Program-made: the position numbers and the translations under genes
From: Chrysomallon squamiferum
Lineage: Eukaryota; Animalia; Mollusca
Direction: 5' to 3'
Length of the DNA: 64,000 nt
Assembly (NCBI GenBank): GCA_012295275.1
Contig: CM022665.1
Coordinates: forward strand, 47,120,001-47,184,000
Shown: positions 1 to 40,652 of the stretch, piece after piece
How positions within the stretch are numbered: the stretch's first letter is position 1
How the letters are laid out: each line of letters starts with the position of its first letter
Notes under the pieces: model-generated
Seen by the model: the letters and a program-made list of their open reading frames with translations, nothing else
What the model was told of the DNA's origin: nothing
The model's database searches: none

Positions 1-672
1 TATTTTTATTTTGTTCAGACCAATTAACGAGCAGTTCGGTCAATTTACGTTTTGTTTTCGAGAAGCGCGCCTAATTCCCCCAGCTGAATATCGACAAAAA
101 GGGGGAAAAAATCCTATTTTCATCGACAGCAAAAATGGCTGCTACCGCGTGCGTGCGTGCAAAGGAAAATCAGCCGCACGGACTGATCTGCTCGATAATA
201 ACGAATGTGTCGGCATCAGTTAATGGTTACGAGGTTTACCTTGAAATCCAGTTTGCTTGTTCTGCACTCGGTGAAGCTGGAAACGATTGGTGACTGCGGA
301 ACTGGTGGCGGAATACGCATGAATCGTGCGATGTGATTCTTGAGATCTCGTTTTTTCTCGTCTCTTCGTTAATGGCGATTCAGCTACGGCGTAACTTCTG
401 TAATGATCTCAGAATATTTTGGAATCAACAGAGTCGATATTCCAGATAAATAATTTGGACATTCAATTAAGACCAATAATTTAAAATCGTTATTTTAATG
501 GGGGAAAAAAAAAAAAAAATTATTTTTATTTTTATTGAAGTATTTTTTACTTCTACTACTACTATTACAAGCATTACTACTACTGCTATTACTATGACTG
601 TTAGTGCTGTTACTATTACGTCTGTTACTAGTACATTAACTATTTTCAGTCATAGTATCCTCCCCAACGACA

Positions 673-703
<31 letters not shown>

Positions 704-1345
704 AATAAATAGTACAAAATTAAATAAAATAACTAATACTGGATATTTCATTAATTCAAAGCGGCTTTCTGTGTAATTAGTTTAACGATAAACATTACTG
801 ATTAACACAAAGACAGAACGAGGGTGTCTGAACTGAGAATAATCTGCACGATGCGCCTAGGTTACAAAAAACAACAACAAGTCTCTGACTTTCACGAAAA
901 CAAAACTTACTTCACCTTTTTTTTTTTCATGAAGAGATCGTGTTTTCTAGGCTTTCAAAACACGAAAGGAGAGATTTCACTTTTTTATCAACAGTCTCTG
1001 GTAGACAGGTTTTATGTGCTGCTACGAAATCTGACATTTGAATGAATAAATAATACAAATTCTAGATTTACCGGTGTCGACGTAATTTGATGACTCCGTG
1101 GATTTATTCATCGTGTAAAAAAAATAACACAAAAACCCAAACACTTGGTGGTATAAAGGTGAATAAATGTTACCGTCTTGTACGAGTTTTATAGGTCGAT
1201 AGATATACAGAGTGAATGAGTCTGTAGGTGTGTGTGTGTGTGTGTGAGAGAGAAAGAGAGAGAGAGACTGAAATGTAGTACGGATAGATAGAGTGAAACT
1301 GAGAAATAGAGAGGGTTAGACTGAGATATAGATATTGAGCTATAG

Positions 1346-1409
<64 letters not shown>

Positions 1410-2615
1410 TGAATGGTGATATAAATAGATATACAGAGACTAGAATGTAGTACGGAGAGATACAGTGAAACTTAAAAAGGATAGCCTGAGATATAGAATG
1501 GTGATATAAATAGATATACAGATAGTGAGCTATGGAATATATAGAGAGAGTACATACGATTTTTAATTATCAACATGACAGAATTAATTACATCCGAGTG
1601 CAGAAAAGCTAATACATCACAGCAGTGACAGGCTCGTCACGTTGATGAATTTTTTATTCGTAGAATTTGTCATCTTGTTGCGTTCGAGTTTCTTTATAGC
1701 CGTCTGCAAGTTTGTTATTTCTGCCAATCCCCTCGAATCAGTTGAGAACCGAGATAAATCTTTGCATATCGCATGCACTGTAATCGGTTTTGCATGCAAT
1801 AAGCTAATAATATTTATTTATTTTTATTTTTATTTTTTTTAAATTCCGTATCAAATTTGTATTTTTTTTTTCTGGATGCAAAAAAAAAAAAAAAAAAAAA
1901 AAAATTCGCCAGACAGAACACAGGCCTTATACTTTTAAGGCAACTTTTTTTTTTAAGCAACCAGATTTTTGTAACGAAAAGCTGATTCATTCATTTAACC
2001 TTGATTACGCCCAGAGTAACAACAACAACAACAACAATATAACAAAAATATAATAATAACAAAAATAAATAAAAAGTCAATTTTTAGAATATTTAATTAA
2101 TTTGAATGGTGTCTTGGTCTTCACTTGAACAAAAATTGGGCTCATGCCACGTGCCTTGCTTATGCAACCCTAGTTAACGCCCCTGCTTTAATAAATTACA
2201 CATAACAAAGATATTATTTATTTATTTATTTATTTATTTTATTTCTCAATTTATAAAATATAATTTTATTATGAACACGATAATAGCTTTCGGATTTCAC
2301 TTTTCGTTTTAAAAACACTTTACTCTGTACTATTGTCGCTATCACGTTTTCCCAAACAAACTGCGTTACGCTGAAAACTGGAATTCAGTGACCTACGTCA
2401 AAATGGCTGAAATGTTCAGCTAGGTATGTTATCGGCAGGAATACAGGATATGCCAGAGTTTTTGCTTCTATTTCTGTATTCATAACTTAACGCATGTTTA
2501 TGTATGTAATATTTTTTCGAGATAATACGGTTTTCAGTGTGTAATTGCAATTCAAAATATTAAAACTTTAACATGAATGACGTGTAATTACTGGTTGCTT
2601 AATAGTCGTTTTTAA

Positions 2616-2710
<95 letters not shown>

Positions 2711-2809
2711 GCTTCATTAATTTTAAGTAGCAGAAAAAATGTATTAAAAATTATTAAATTAAAATGTGAAAAGGGGATGATTTAATTACGAACACACACA
2801 TACAGAAGA

Positions 2810-2845
<36 letters not shown>

Positions 2846-3851
2846 GAAAATTAAAAAACGAAAAACAAAGTATAAAAGTTATTAAAAATTTAATTTTTAC
2901 ACGTTAACATTTTAGTTCCATGTCTGAAGAAATGTAGAGAAATTGTTACGTTTCATACAAGTAGTTCATTTTGGATACTGACACAGAAAATGCTACTGAA
3001 AATTCATTACAACTGAATAACAATTTTGTGAAATTTTGACATTTCTGAAACACAACACTTACATTTTTATTATTTCACTGAATGTTTTGATAAAGACAGC
3101 AAGTAAATCATCATCATGATATACCACACCTGCACACACACACCCACAGATTTAACATTAAAAACTACATAATATTTTATTTCTATGTAGTCAGTCAGTT
3201 TTAAGGCTGATAACCCCTGAGTTCGTTACATGTGTACACTGGAACTACAATGTCACTTCCCCTCTTAATTAACTCTTTCATTTCTCTGAATCACATCAAG
3301 ACGCTGGTCTGTACAATAGCATCGATTCATCACATTTCGAATCACAAACCTTCATTTCCTTGTCTATAATTACAATCTCTTCCCATAATGCATTGCTTCT
3401 GTCATTGTGCCCATTTTTAATCCATCAGAGCAAATTTGTTATGCCTTCACCATTACTCAAAAAAAACAACCAAAAGACAAACCCAGATCAGTTATGATAG
3501 GTGGGTTAATTTTTGGACCACAGAATTGATCAAGTATGCTTGTTGTGGACATAATTCTATACCCAGCATCAATCGTCACCCCATCTCAATATTTCATTTC
3601 AAACTGTTCTTCATTACATTAATAATAAACATTTACTCTATGCTTCTGTCTTACGTTTTTTCGCTTATAAAATCATTTATTTTTTCAAATTTATTATTTA
3701 TATATATATATATATATTTTTTTTTAAGATCTATACTGCTTTTCCTTCTGAAAGTTTTAAATTTTTAATTTTTAAAAAAATATATTTATATTGTTTTTCC
3801 TTCTGAAAGTGTTTCTGTTTGTAATGGTGTTAGGTAGGAGTTTCTCCGCTG

Positions 3852-27184
<23,333 letters not shown>

Positions 27185-29266
27185 CGTGGTTTCATGATTT
27201 ACCTCGTTCCTGCTAATATTGTGTACTGGTTGCCTGTATTTGGTACAGTTAGTCAAGTTTAATGGAGCAACTCAAAACCAGTCACGTCAATTCCGCAGCA
27301 TTAAATGGTTCTTTTATTTGTATAATTATAAATTCATAAATCTATTTTATTGCAGTTAATTATTAATCAGACGCTACTAATTATAAAACAGTTAGAATGT
27401 ATTATATTAATGTGTTTCTTTATAAGCCATACAATAATGTGTTTTGTATTGGTTTGTGATTTCCTCCTCGGTTGAAATGATACATTAATCCGGTATATAA
27501 AAACGTTAATAAATTATTTAAAATGGATATTAAATGACACCTATCTGATTCATTGTTAAGCATGAGAACCAATAACTTTATACAAATAATTTAAATTTCA
27601 ACAAATTTTAGCACCAACATAGTTCATTGCTGTATATAATGACCATAACATTTAGAATTACAGCTTAGACGGTGTTACCCTATAATTATTTGAATTTGTG
27701 TAAACCTTATTTATTGCAAATTTTCTTTCTTTTATTTTATAAAAATGGATAAAATACATTTTATTCAATCTGGGTCTGTGCTATGTAATCCAGTAAGGTA
27801 TGTTTGTCATTGAAACAAAATTATTATGCATAGTTTGTGAAGGTCAATTCATTCTTTATTTTTAAACATAATAACAAATTTCAGTGAAGTTGACATTTAT
27901 TTATTTACAAAATAATGTATATTCATCAAATCATTTACAGCCAAAATTTAAACAGTTCAGTAGGTTAGTCTCATATTCTTTCTAATACTGGATATTTTTA
28001 TTTTGAGACAAATCTACTGAACTAAAAGTGATAACATTTTAGTTATATATGAACTACTAGATGGAATGTAACAATTTATTAATGATAAGTCTAATGGTGA
28101 TGATAACTTTTATTTAACATGATGTTGCTTGCTTAAGTTTTAATTATCAAGTTGCACCAAATGTTAACATAACATAATATAACAAACAGCTGAAACTAAA
28201 ATAAACACAATTCAAAACAAAATAACATAAAATATCTTCTTTTTTTTTAAACTGCACAGTGTCTATATACGTAGTAGCACTGTATGGAAATAATGATTAC
28301 ATTCAAATGATTTTGTGAATAACTTTTTATTTTATGAATATTATTATTACCATTTGGTTTGAATAGATACTTACTTACATTACAAGCAGTAAAGCACCTG
28401 ATTAATAGTTAAACTTGATCGTTATTTGTAACATTAAAGATGCTGTAATTAAGACTAGATTATCAAAAATCACAACTGACAAAAATCTGTAGTGAAATGA
28501 ATTATACCATCAATCTTAATTCCAAAAATTATTAAACAGTTTTTCCATTGATGTGATTCAACCAAAAAAACCAATTAAAAAAAAAATAATAACAACTAAC
28601 ATTCATGACTTAAACAAATCTCATCTGAAATTATTAAACAACTGCAATATTCTGAACAATGTCAACAGTTTTGATACATTACAGAATCAATGTTAAAGAA
28701 AGCCTGTCTCTGACTGACCAGTGACTGACCATCCCAACATGATTTTCTGTAAACACATCTTTACAGCCATTACAAGTCTAGTATCAGTGATGACATCAAC
28801 AATGCATGAAAAAAAAAAAAACATTTTCTAATATTTCTTTGATAAATAATTTACACAAATGAGAAGCTTAGCATACACTCATTGTATGGGATTATAGATC
28901 TACATCACAAATAGATACAAACACAATTTGATCTAAATTTGATGAAGTATACAAGAACATTTTGTGCAGGTGTATACATTCATAAATAAAAAGAATGTGT
29001 TCTATCAAATTAATTTCAGTATCAGCAACAAATAGGCAACTATGAAATATTAAAAAAAAAAAAAAAATTAAATTATGTAAACAGAAAACATTTCATTTTC
29101 TAAGTGACTTTTATTTATACTCATGTTTCTCTATTTTCTAGAAGTAAAACTAATTTCCAAATGTTTTCTTGGCTTTCTTTACTAATACTGAAATGATAAT
29201 TTGATATTTCTGTTCATGAGTGGGTACATTTATATAAGAAAACTTTGCTATATAAATAAACTGTTT

Positions 29267-31908
<2,642 letters not shown>

Positions 31909-32212
31909 TTAGAGAGGTAAATGTAAATACAATATCTATCATAAAAGTGCAAAATGTAGACGAAACGGAAATGAACAACCTTGAACCAAAATATTTTGAA
32001 ACGCCTCTAGTCAATGGCTAATCGGCTGCCATCAGCGAATCAAAAGAGGTCTTATAAATGTGAATTTGATACTGACTGGTAACCTTTCGGATATTACGGT
32101 TATGTGTCTTTTGCATTATTAATATTTATGCATAATGTGGTCCAGTCGACAGGGGTTTCCACCTGGCTTTTGCGTGAAACCTGAAACATTTGGATGCTAA
32201 ATAAATTACACC
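31909..32212. promoter_or_regulatory. Compact bidirectional promoter/5' UTR region shared by TRAPPC3 and RWDD1
   Basis: The divergent ATGs are 304 bp apart. The interval is locally CpG-richer than the flanking introns and has an ETS-like CGGAAAT (~31966) and a YY1-like GCTGCCAT (~32025). Confidence 0.75.
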
Positions 32213-35161
32213 ATGACAGACTACAAAGAAGAACAGAAAAACGAAATCGAAGCGTTGCAGTCAATTTATCCTGAAGAAATTACATGTTTGTAGAACATCT
32301 CAGAAACTTAATTTTACTTCGTTTATAATGTTTAATTTAAAAAGATTAGAATTGGACAGTTCAGTATTCAGTTGACTGAGTTGTTGGTAATATTATTACT
32401 ACTTGAGTACATGCTTGTGAAAACAAATTCCTCCATGAAAATGATCTGTCAGTCAAATGATCTATCTGACATCTCGCAAAATAACTGATATAAATAAATC
32501 GAGTATGAAATAGCAGTTGTATAAAGTTTTGTGTTCTTTCAGAAGTTGATTGATTATCATTACAGTATGATTATTATATAATATTAATAATGAAATATAA
32601 CTGAAACAAACGTAGATTAAAATGATACAGCTCTTACACTGAATAAGTTCAGTGAATAAACGATAGTCTGTTGATGTAACTATGTAATAATGAACCAAGT
32701 ATTAAATACTACTTGGGCAACTGGTTTGTGATCGTATTTCTAGTGTGTTTTGTACTTTTTACTCAGATATATTTATTATACTGCTGTTAGTGTCATATTC
32801 ACAACACCAGCTAAAACATTGAATACTTTATTATTCATTCATTTATTATTTATTTTTTAGTGATTAGGGAAGAACCAAATTTTGTGTTTACAATTCACGT
32901 TCAGTCACAAGATGAAGAATCACAAAGTGATGAAGATAAATGTGGTAAATAAAATACTTTTTTTTATTCTTTGTAAATATTTCTATGTTTAGGTGGGTTA
33001 CTTCAGTTCCATGATTTTTTACTAATAGCTAACAGTATATCATAGATATATTATATATTTTGTTATCTTCTTTCATCACAATCTGAGGTATGATCAGTTT
33101 TAGGATCAATCCTCTTTATTAACAGCTGTGAACTATTTTTCACTCCACCCAGCATTCCACAGCTGATGTGTCAAAGGTCATGAAGGTCTTGTCAGTGGGA
33201 AATTTTATGTAAAAACCTTTGTTGCTAATTGCTAGTAATTCCCTTATGTAATATACAGAATTTGGTGAAAGTAACACCCTTTTTTACTTCTGTTTTTATA
33301 AGTTTATATTGTACAACATTCTATATATCGTTTAGTTTTATGTTATATAATTTTGTCTGTATTTTATAAATGATGCTTAATTTTTTTTTTTTTTAAGATA
33401 TATAAATAGCAGCCATTTTTTTTTGTCACACCCTGTATATTCTGTTATAAGTGCTGATTTTATATGTTTAATCCATAACTGAATAGACATTAATATCAAA
33501 ATGTCAAAATATTTTACAACTAAATAACAACTATAAAAACAAAAAAATATCTCTTCCTAGAAGTAATAACTATCAAAACGTCAAAATATCTTTACCTGTA
33601 AATAGTAACTGTCTTGCTAGAGGTGTCAGGTGGGTTGGGTTACACCTGTAAAACTGTCTATTCCAGCCTCCTGTACAATACAGTTCACACTGTCGGAGAA
33701 ATACCCAGATGAAGCACCAGTTATTGAGATCACAGAGTCAACCAACCTGGAGGATGATCAGCTTGAAGAACTGATGAATTTTTTAAACGAACAGGTGAGA
33801 ACTGTGTAGTGTTGTTGTGAACAGTCTGTCAAGTTTAAACAGTGTTAAGAAGCAAAATGTGTCCTAAGAATATTCACTTACAGCTTGATGGTTTGTACCC
33901 CATAGTATCAATCATCAGTAGATGATTTTTTTTGTTTCAGGAATGTTTACTAATAACGTGATGAGTTGTATCTGTAGTATTAAGCATCCTAAGTTTTTTT
34001 TCAGGAATATTTACTTATGTACAGCTTGATGAGTTTTATTCATAGCATAGATCATTCACAGTGGAAGAAATTTGTCTTTCAGTAATATTTATTTACAGTT
34101 TGATGAGTAATGTCAGTCATGTTCACTGTATAATTTGATGAATCGTATCCATAATCTTGCTCCTACATTTATTTTTCAGCCAAATACTATGACTAGTTTA
34201 GACTTATCATTGTGTTGTTTGTAAATATAAAAAAATATATAAAACATTTGCTAATAATCAATAAATTCAATAGCCCATGTGTTGTAATAACATGTTATCG
34301 ACTTTGGATTTTATTATTATGAAAAAAAAAAAAAAAAAAAAAAAAAATAATAAATAAAAAATAAAATAAATCACAACAAACAAAAAAACATAAATATAAA
34401 AAACTAAAACAAAACAAACCCTATCAAAAACAAAATAAACTAATAATAAAAAAAAAAAATAAATAAACATAAAAAAACTGTTGTTTTCATATTTTTAGGT
34501 CTCAAAACAACAATGATCCAGTTTTTAATTTATTTATTGTATTAAAGATAGATAAATAAACATATGGTTCCACTCTTGTGTAAATAAAAATAAATAAATA
34601 AACATATCCACCTGTAATAACTGGTGATTTTATAATGATTCTGGGTCTCATTAAAACAACATTAATCTAGTTTTTTTATTTATGTATTGTGTTTGTAGAT
34701 TGAGGAGAATATTGGCATGGTGATGGTTTTTACTCTTGTGTCTGCCGTGCAGGAAAAATGACTTTGTTAGTGGAAGAACAGAAGAGAAAAGTGGAGGAAG
34801 AGAAAGAGAGAAGAGAGAGAGAAGAAGAAGAAGCAGAAAGGGTGGATGAATATTTATTTAAATTTTTATGTTGCTGATTTAATTTAGAAAGAAATAAAAA
34901 TCTGCTGTTTAGTTTAGTATTTTTTAGACTGATTTGATTTTGGTCCACTAATTTAAAAGATGATAGTGAATTTTTGTTTTTCATCATGGATAAACAAAAT
35001 GAAAAAAATGATAAATTGAACGTTTTTATTTTATTTAAGTTTTAAATATTTAATTATGATTGGTAATGTTTTTATTATTTTTTTTTTATTTTTTTTTTTA
35101 TTTTTTTAAATATTTTCCATGTTTTGGTATGGTTTCTAGTTTTCTTTTTGTTTTGTTTTTT

Positions 35162-35198
<37 letters not shown>

Positions 35199-35557
35199 TT
35201 TAAATTATTTTTATTAATCACAATATCTGATGTTCTCATATTGAAATTTACCTATTAATAAACTTGTTATAATCTGGATGTGTTTTAATGTTTTTTTAGA
35301 AAAGATTTGAAGGCACTAAGGTTACTATAGAAAATTTCATTGCTTGGAAAACTAAATTTGATGCAGAAATGGCAGAACTAAAACGACTAAAAAGTCAGTC
35401 GGAACAACAGATCAACAGCAAGCTGTCAGGTGAGTCTGTTTTGAAATACAAAATTACACTTGTAATAAATTCTTTTAAACCAGCAAAACCTGGCAGATGT
35501 TAAACAAAATAGGTAAATGTAAAAGTTCCTAGGATTAAAAGACAGCTGCTACTACTA

Positions 35558-35595
<38 letters not shown>

Positions 35596-36103
35596 ACACT
35601 AGTGCTACTACTACCACCACCATTACCCTACTTCTGCTACAGCCACTGTTTACTACTACAACTACTACTACTACTACTACTACTACTAATAATTTATATT
35701 ATAAAGTTATTTAATTTGTAAGCTGTGACAATTTTCTTTCCCCTCATTCTTTTTATAAGCTCTTAATTTATATGTGACAAACTATAAAATAAATTAATTT
35801 TTTTCAGTGCCAAATTTAAATACTGAGTGACTTTGACTATGTATATAACATCTTAGGTTTTATTTTTATCTGTACAGTTGATAAAGTGTAACAGTATATG
35901 TGTGTGGTAGATGTCTAAGTTTTGTTTGATTTTCTGTTTCAGGTAGAGAACTGTTTATGCAGGATGCATCTATGATTGAGTCTGATGTGCAGTTCTTGAA
36001 AGATGGTATGTGAAAATCAGATTTACTGGTTTTATCTGTTAATTTACTGACTAATTTTAATATTAAATTAATTTAAATTAATGCTCTTTCATTATATTTT
36101 ACT

Positions 36104-36134
<31 letters not shown>

Positions 36135-36944
36135 TTTTTGAGTTAAAATAAAGATATAATATAGGAGTAATCTTTAAAATCAATAAACATTTTGTAATTA
36201 ATAACACATTATATGTTATATATTTTTACCATTATTTTTAATTTCATTTTTATTATTATTTTTAAATCCATTTATGGTATTTTTAATTTTATTTTTGATA
36301 TTTTAAATTATTTTTATTATTATTAATCATTTAATTTTTATTATTATTTTAAATTTCATTTTTAATATCTTTTTTAATTTTGTTTTTATTATTATTTTTA
36401 ATTTCATTTTTAATATTATTTTTATTTTTAATTTCATTTTTGGTTTTAATTTCATTTTTAATATTTGTTTTAAATTTTACTTTTATTATTACTTTTAATA
36501 TCAATTTCAGATATTATTTTTAATTTTTTCATTTATTTTAAAATTTAATTTCATTTTTACTTTTAATATCAATTTCAGATATTATTTTTAATTTCATTAT
36601 TATCAAATTTAATATCATTTTTATCAGTATTTTTAATTTCTTTTTTAATATTATTTTTAACTTCATTTTTATCAAATTTAATATCATTTTTATCAGTATT
36701 TTTAATTTCTTTTTTTTATCAGTATTTTTGATTTCATCTTTAATATTATTTTTATTTTTAATTTCAATTTTGGTTTTAATTTCATTTTTAATATTATTTT
36801 TATATTTATTTTAATTTTTGGTTTTAATTTCATTTTTACTATTATTTTTAATTTACTTTAGACACTGACTCAGTGGAGGTTGACGAATCTTTGTTTCAAG
36901 ACATGGATGACTTAGATCTAGAAGAAGAACAAAATGCAGGATAA
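32213..36944 (+). CDS. RWDD1: RWD domain-containing protein 1 (DFRP2/Gir2 orthologue), 7 exons; one apparent 1-bp deletion in exon 4
   Basis: Exons 32213-32285, 32861-32944, 33667-33794, 34699-34841, 35300-35429, 35943-36005, 36862-36944. Translation MTDYKEEQKNEIEALQSIYPEE..KYPDEAP (RWD YPxxxP)..EENIGMVMVFTLVSAVQEK..FEGTKVTIENFIAWKTKFDAEM..KLSGRELF..SVEVDESLFQDMDDLDL matches RWDD1. Confidence 0.95.
33082..33240 (+). mobile_element. More diverged copy of the same SINE-like family in RWDD1 intron 2
   Basis: AGGATCAATCCT...CTATTTTTCACTCCACCCAGCATTCCACAGCTGATGTGTCAAAGGTCATG shares ordered motifs with copies A/B and with 58545-58740. Confidence 0.5.
33865..34145. repeat. Degenerate ~65-75 bp tandem repeat in RWDD1 intron 3
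   Basis: TTTCAG(G/T)AAT.TTTA.TTA..CAG.TTGATGAGT recurs about 4 times. Confidence 0.55.
36225..36855. repeat. Very AT-rich degenerate tandem repeat (TTATTTTTAATTTCATTTT) in RWDD1 intron 6
   Basis: Recurrent AATTTCATTTTT units with larger internal duplications (e.g. TATCAAATTTAATATCATTTTTATCAGTATTTTTAATTTC twice). Confidence 0.75.
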
Positions 36945-37809
36945 AAAAAAAAAAATTAGTAAAAATAAGAAAAAAAATTAATTAAAAAAGACATTTTACA
37001 AAAAAAAAATTGTTATTAATAAATATGTAAATAAATGTACAAACCACAAAGTATTTGTATGTAATTATTTTTATATCCTCTGCAAAAGTGATGTTGATGT
37101 AGCTGCTGTATTTGTATACAGTCATTTTTTTTATATATATTCTTATCAGAAGTGATGTTGATGTAGCTGCTGTCAGTTTTATACACTGTGCTAGATGTTG
37201 GTGTATCTAGTGTATCTGGCAGTCGTACTTTTCACGATGTAGTTTGACAGAGATGACAAATATTTTGTATATTAATATCTATGTGTTTTAATAATGATGT
37301 TATTACACACGGTATATATATTTTTATTACATCATATCTGATGTTGTCACAAATGTGAGAAGAAACCAGCATCTGTCACTCTTTAACTAAGTAAAAATGT
37401 GTGAGTTTATGAAGTGTAGAGGACCAGGATATATTAAGAAGATAGTTTTGTTAAAACTACATTGAAAAGCCATGGTTTGTTGTTGAAATGTTGGATATAT
37501 AAATGAATATTTGTTATATAACACATCAGTTGTTTAAATACATGTATTTGATGCATTTTACAATTTTTTGAAATGATACTTCTGCCAGTGAATAAAACAT
37601 TGAGTTTGATGAATTGGAATACCTCCTGCCTTGAAAAGTCTTGGCATAAAATTAAATTAAAAAGCTTTCTTATTAAATAAATAAAAAAAATAATAAATAA
37701 ATAAATAAAAATTGAAAGAAAGAACCCCCTCTTAAGCCTACTAATACACGCCAACACAAAAGAATAATAAAAAATTAAAAAATAAAAATGACGAAGATGG
37801 CACGGACAG

Positions 37810-37840
<31 letters not shown>

Positions 37841-38302
37841 CAGACCCTTTTTTTTGTGGTCGTCTTTTCATCGAATTATTTCGCGAAAACCAAGTGCTGT
37901 TGTTGTAGCTGTTTTAACGGCCGTAGTCTTTAAACACGGTGTAGTTTGAACGAGATAATCTGTCTGCTGCAATGTGTAGCTACAGAACACGCGTATGATT
38001 TGTGACACGATTAACTCTCTTTTTGTGCGCGCAGTAATACACCCAGTGTAGAAAACACTCAGAGGGTAACGAATATCTTGGCTATTAAATCAGAACCCGA
38101 TTTTTGTTAAAGTTGTAGGTGGTGTGTAGATGATTTATTACAAAACTCTGCTTCACATCTCGGATATAACGTGTCGTCTGTTCACTCTGGTGAGAATGAA
38201 GTCTTGGTGAACGTTTGTGACCGAGCATCGAAGCGAAGGAGAATTTAACATCTTTCTCGTCAGTTTAAATTCATCAAAATAGCAAACGGCTTTTTTTTGC
38301 TT

Positions 38303-38346
<44 letters not shown>

Positions 38347-38511
38347 CGTGTGTGTTTGGCTGTGTGATTGTTAATGTAAGTGCACAAAGAGGGACATTAA
38401 AACTTATTTTATGCATTTTAATTAAACTGATGGATGTGAAATTGAACGGTGGTCGACTGATAAGTATTTGAGATGTCATATTCGTAATAATAAAAAACAA
38501 TAAATAATGGA

Positions 38512-38549
<38 letters not shown>

Positions 38550-39695
38550 TAATAATAATAATGATAATAATAATAATGAACAGATAAATTAAATTAAATT
38601 AAATTAAATTAAAAATAATAAACAGTAAAAAAAACACTGTTTAGTTGGCAGTTTCCACATATTAACATATGTAAATTTATTTGTATCGACATCATTTTGT
38701 TTCATCTTTGTTCACTTGGTTAGTTATTTAATTTACTTATTTTTCTACATCACATGGTAATACCATCAGTAAAAGTCGGAATTTAAACATTCGAAGTTAT
38801 CTAGGTCGCAAATATTACACTGGTACTGCTAGTTTTATCATACTCTCTACCAATGGCAATACATATAAATATTTTATATTAAAGATATATAATTATAAAT
38901 AATAATGAAACATTAAATGTGAGATGGAAGAATATTAATTAATTAAATTTATTTAATTTTTTTAATTTTAAATATCGGCCAGCCTCGTTTTCATATGCTT
39001 TGAATTGTGGGTGAAGATACGTCAAATGAACATTACAAATATATATTTCAAAACTAAATATAAATATAAAATTATTATTATTATTAAATAACCGAGTAAT
39101 TCCGAAAGTTAAAAATGACGTCAATAATGGACAAACGTCATACATGCATCATATATACCATTATCAATGATATCGTTGTGATGTGGATTTTTATTTCTTG
39201 GAAATTCGTTGTTATAGTAGAACACAGTCATTACTTTTATATTCGTACGTATTTCTATGCGTTGTTGTTGTTATTTATTTATTTATTTATTTTGGCAATC
39301 GCTTCTCCTACCATTTTACTAATCGTATTGATGACAAATTTTCACTTGAGGTTGTAATAATTATAACATACTTCATTAGTCTGGTTTGTTAACTCAGTCC
39401 TTTTAATGTCATTTACTAACAAATAAGAAATTAACAACAACAGTAAGTCTCTATCAGTTACCAGTAACGATATTTTTGAAATGTAAAATACAGGTTTTGT
39501 TTAGAGTAAGATGTCTAATATGGGGAGATAACTGTTATAAAATATTGATCTTCTAACAATTAAGAAATGAACTGAAATCGTTCAAGAAACGAAAGTTAGA
39601 AAATATTGACGTTCAATGACAGCTACAAATCATACATTAACACACAAAATTTGTATAATTTTAATTTTTATTTAATTATTTAGTTTCATTTAATA

Positions 39696-39753
<58 letters not shown>

Positions 39754-40110
39754 TTTATTATTGTACGCAATTTATTGTAAAACCGATTACGCAAAATATA
39801 CCTGCATTCTTTATACGACGTAAACGAGCTACGAAAATTTTAGTTATGTTTTCTCAGAAATCTATAATTGTGAGTAAAACTTTACACTTCCGTTTCAAAA
39901 CACTACACGAATGAAGAAAGAAAATATTGCCTCCGGAAATCATAGCGGACTTGATATAATAGTCTTTATTATTAGCAAAGTTTTGCGTAAACAAAATAAA
40001 ATAAACAGATAAATATACAAATGTATTTAGGATAAATTATGCTGACTTCATAAATTTCAACACTCAGTTACAATATTTCTTTTACACGTTTAGAAACTCA
40101 ACTGTCGTTG

Positions 40111-40420
40111 TCACGGCATCGACGTGGGGTACGTGGTCATACAGCCGTGACGTGCTGTTGTGACAACGTCATTCTGGCGATAGCGTTCGGGACATTGGTA
40201 ACACTCCACAAAAGACTCCTGAAATATAAAATTAAAAGTGAAAAAATGTTCAAGTCGTAAGTAATATTGTTCAAGATAAATAAAAGATGATGACTGTAGA
40301 GATTTTTACAGAGATAAATATGTGAAAAAAAATGGATAAAAATGTTTGTATTAGGTCGCAAATACTCTCTGCCAATGGCAATATATGTGTGCTTGTTTAG
40401 GTATGTGTATGTATATGTAT

Positions 40421-40451
<31 letters not shown>

Positions 40452-40617
40452 TTTTGTTGGTAGTATGTGTGTACATATACTCTATATAGCTAACAGTCTA
40501 ATCTAAAACTATGTATGTGTATGTATGTATATGTATGTATGTATATATATATATACATATATATATATACACACACACATACAATAATAATAATGATAAT
40601 AATTAATGATAATAATT

Positions 40618-40652
<35 letters not shown>

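Noticed and set aside
27185-27256. N-terminal extension of RBM28 from the ORF track
   Set aside because: It starts at TTG. The first in-frame ATG in good context (ACGATGG) is at 27184, just before RRM1.
33865-34145. Repeated TGATGA (box C) suggesting a C/D snoRNA cluster
   Set aside because: No properly spaced CTGA box D or terminal stems. A degenerate tandem repeat explains it.
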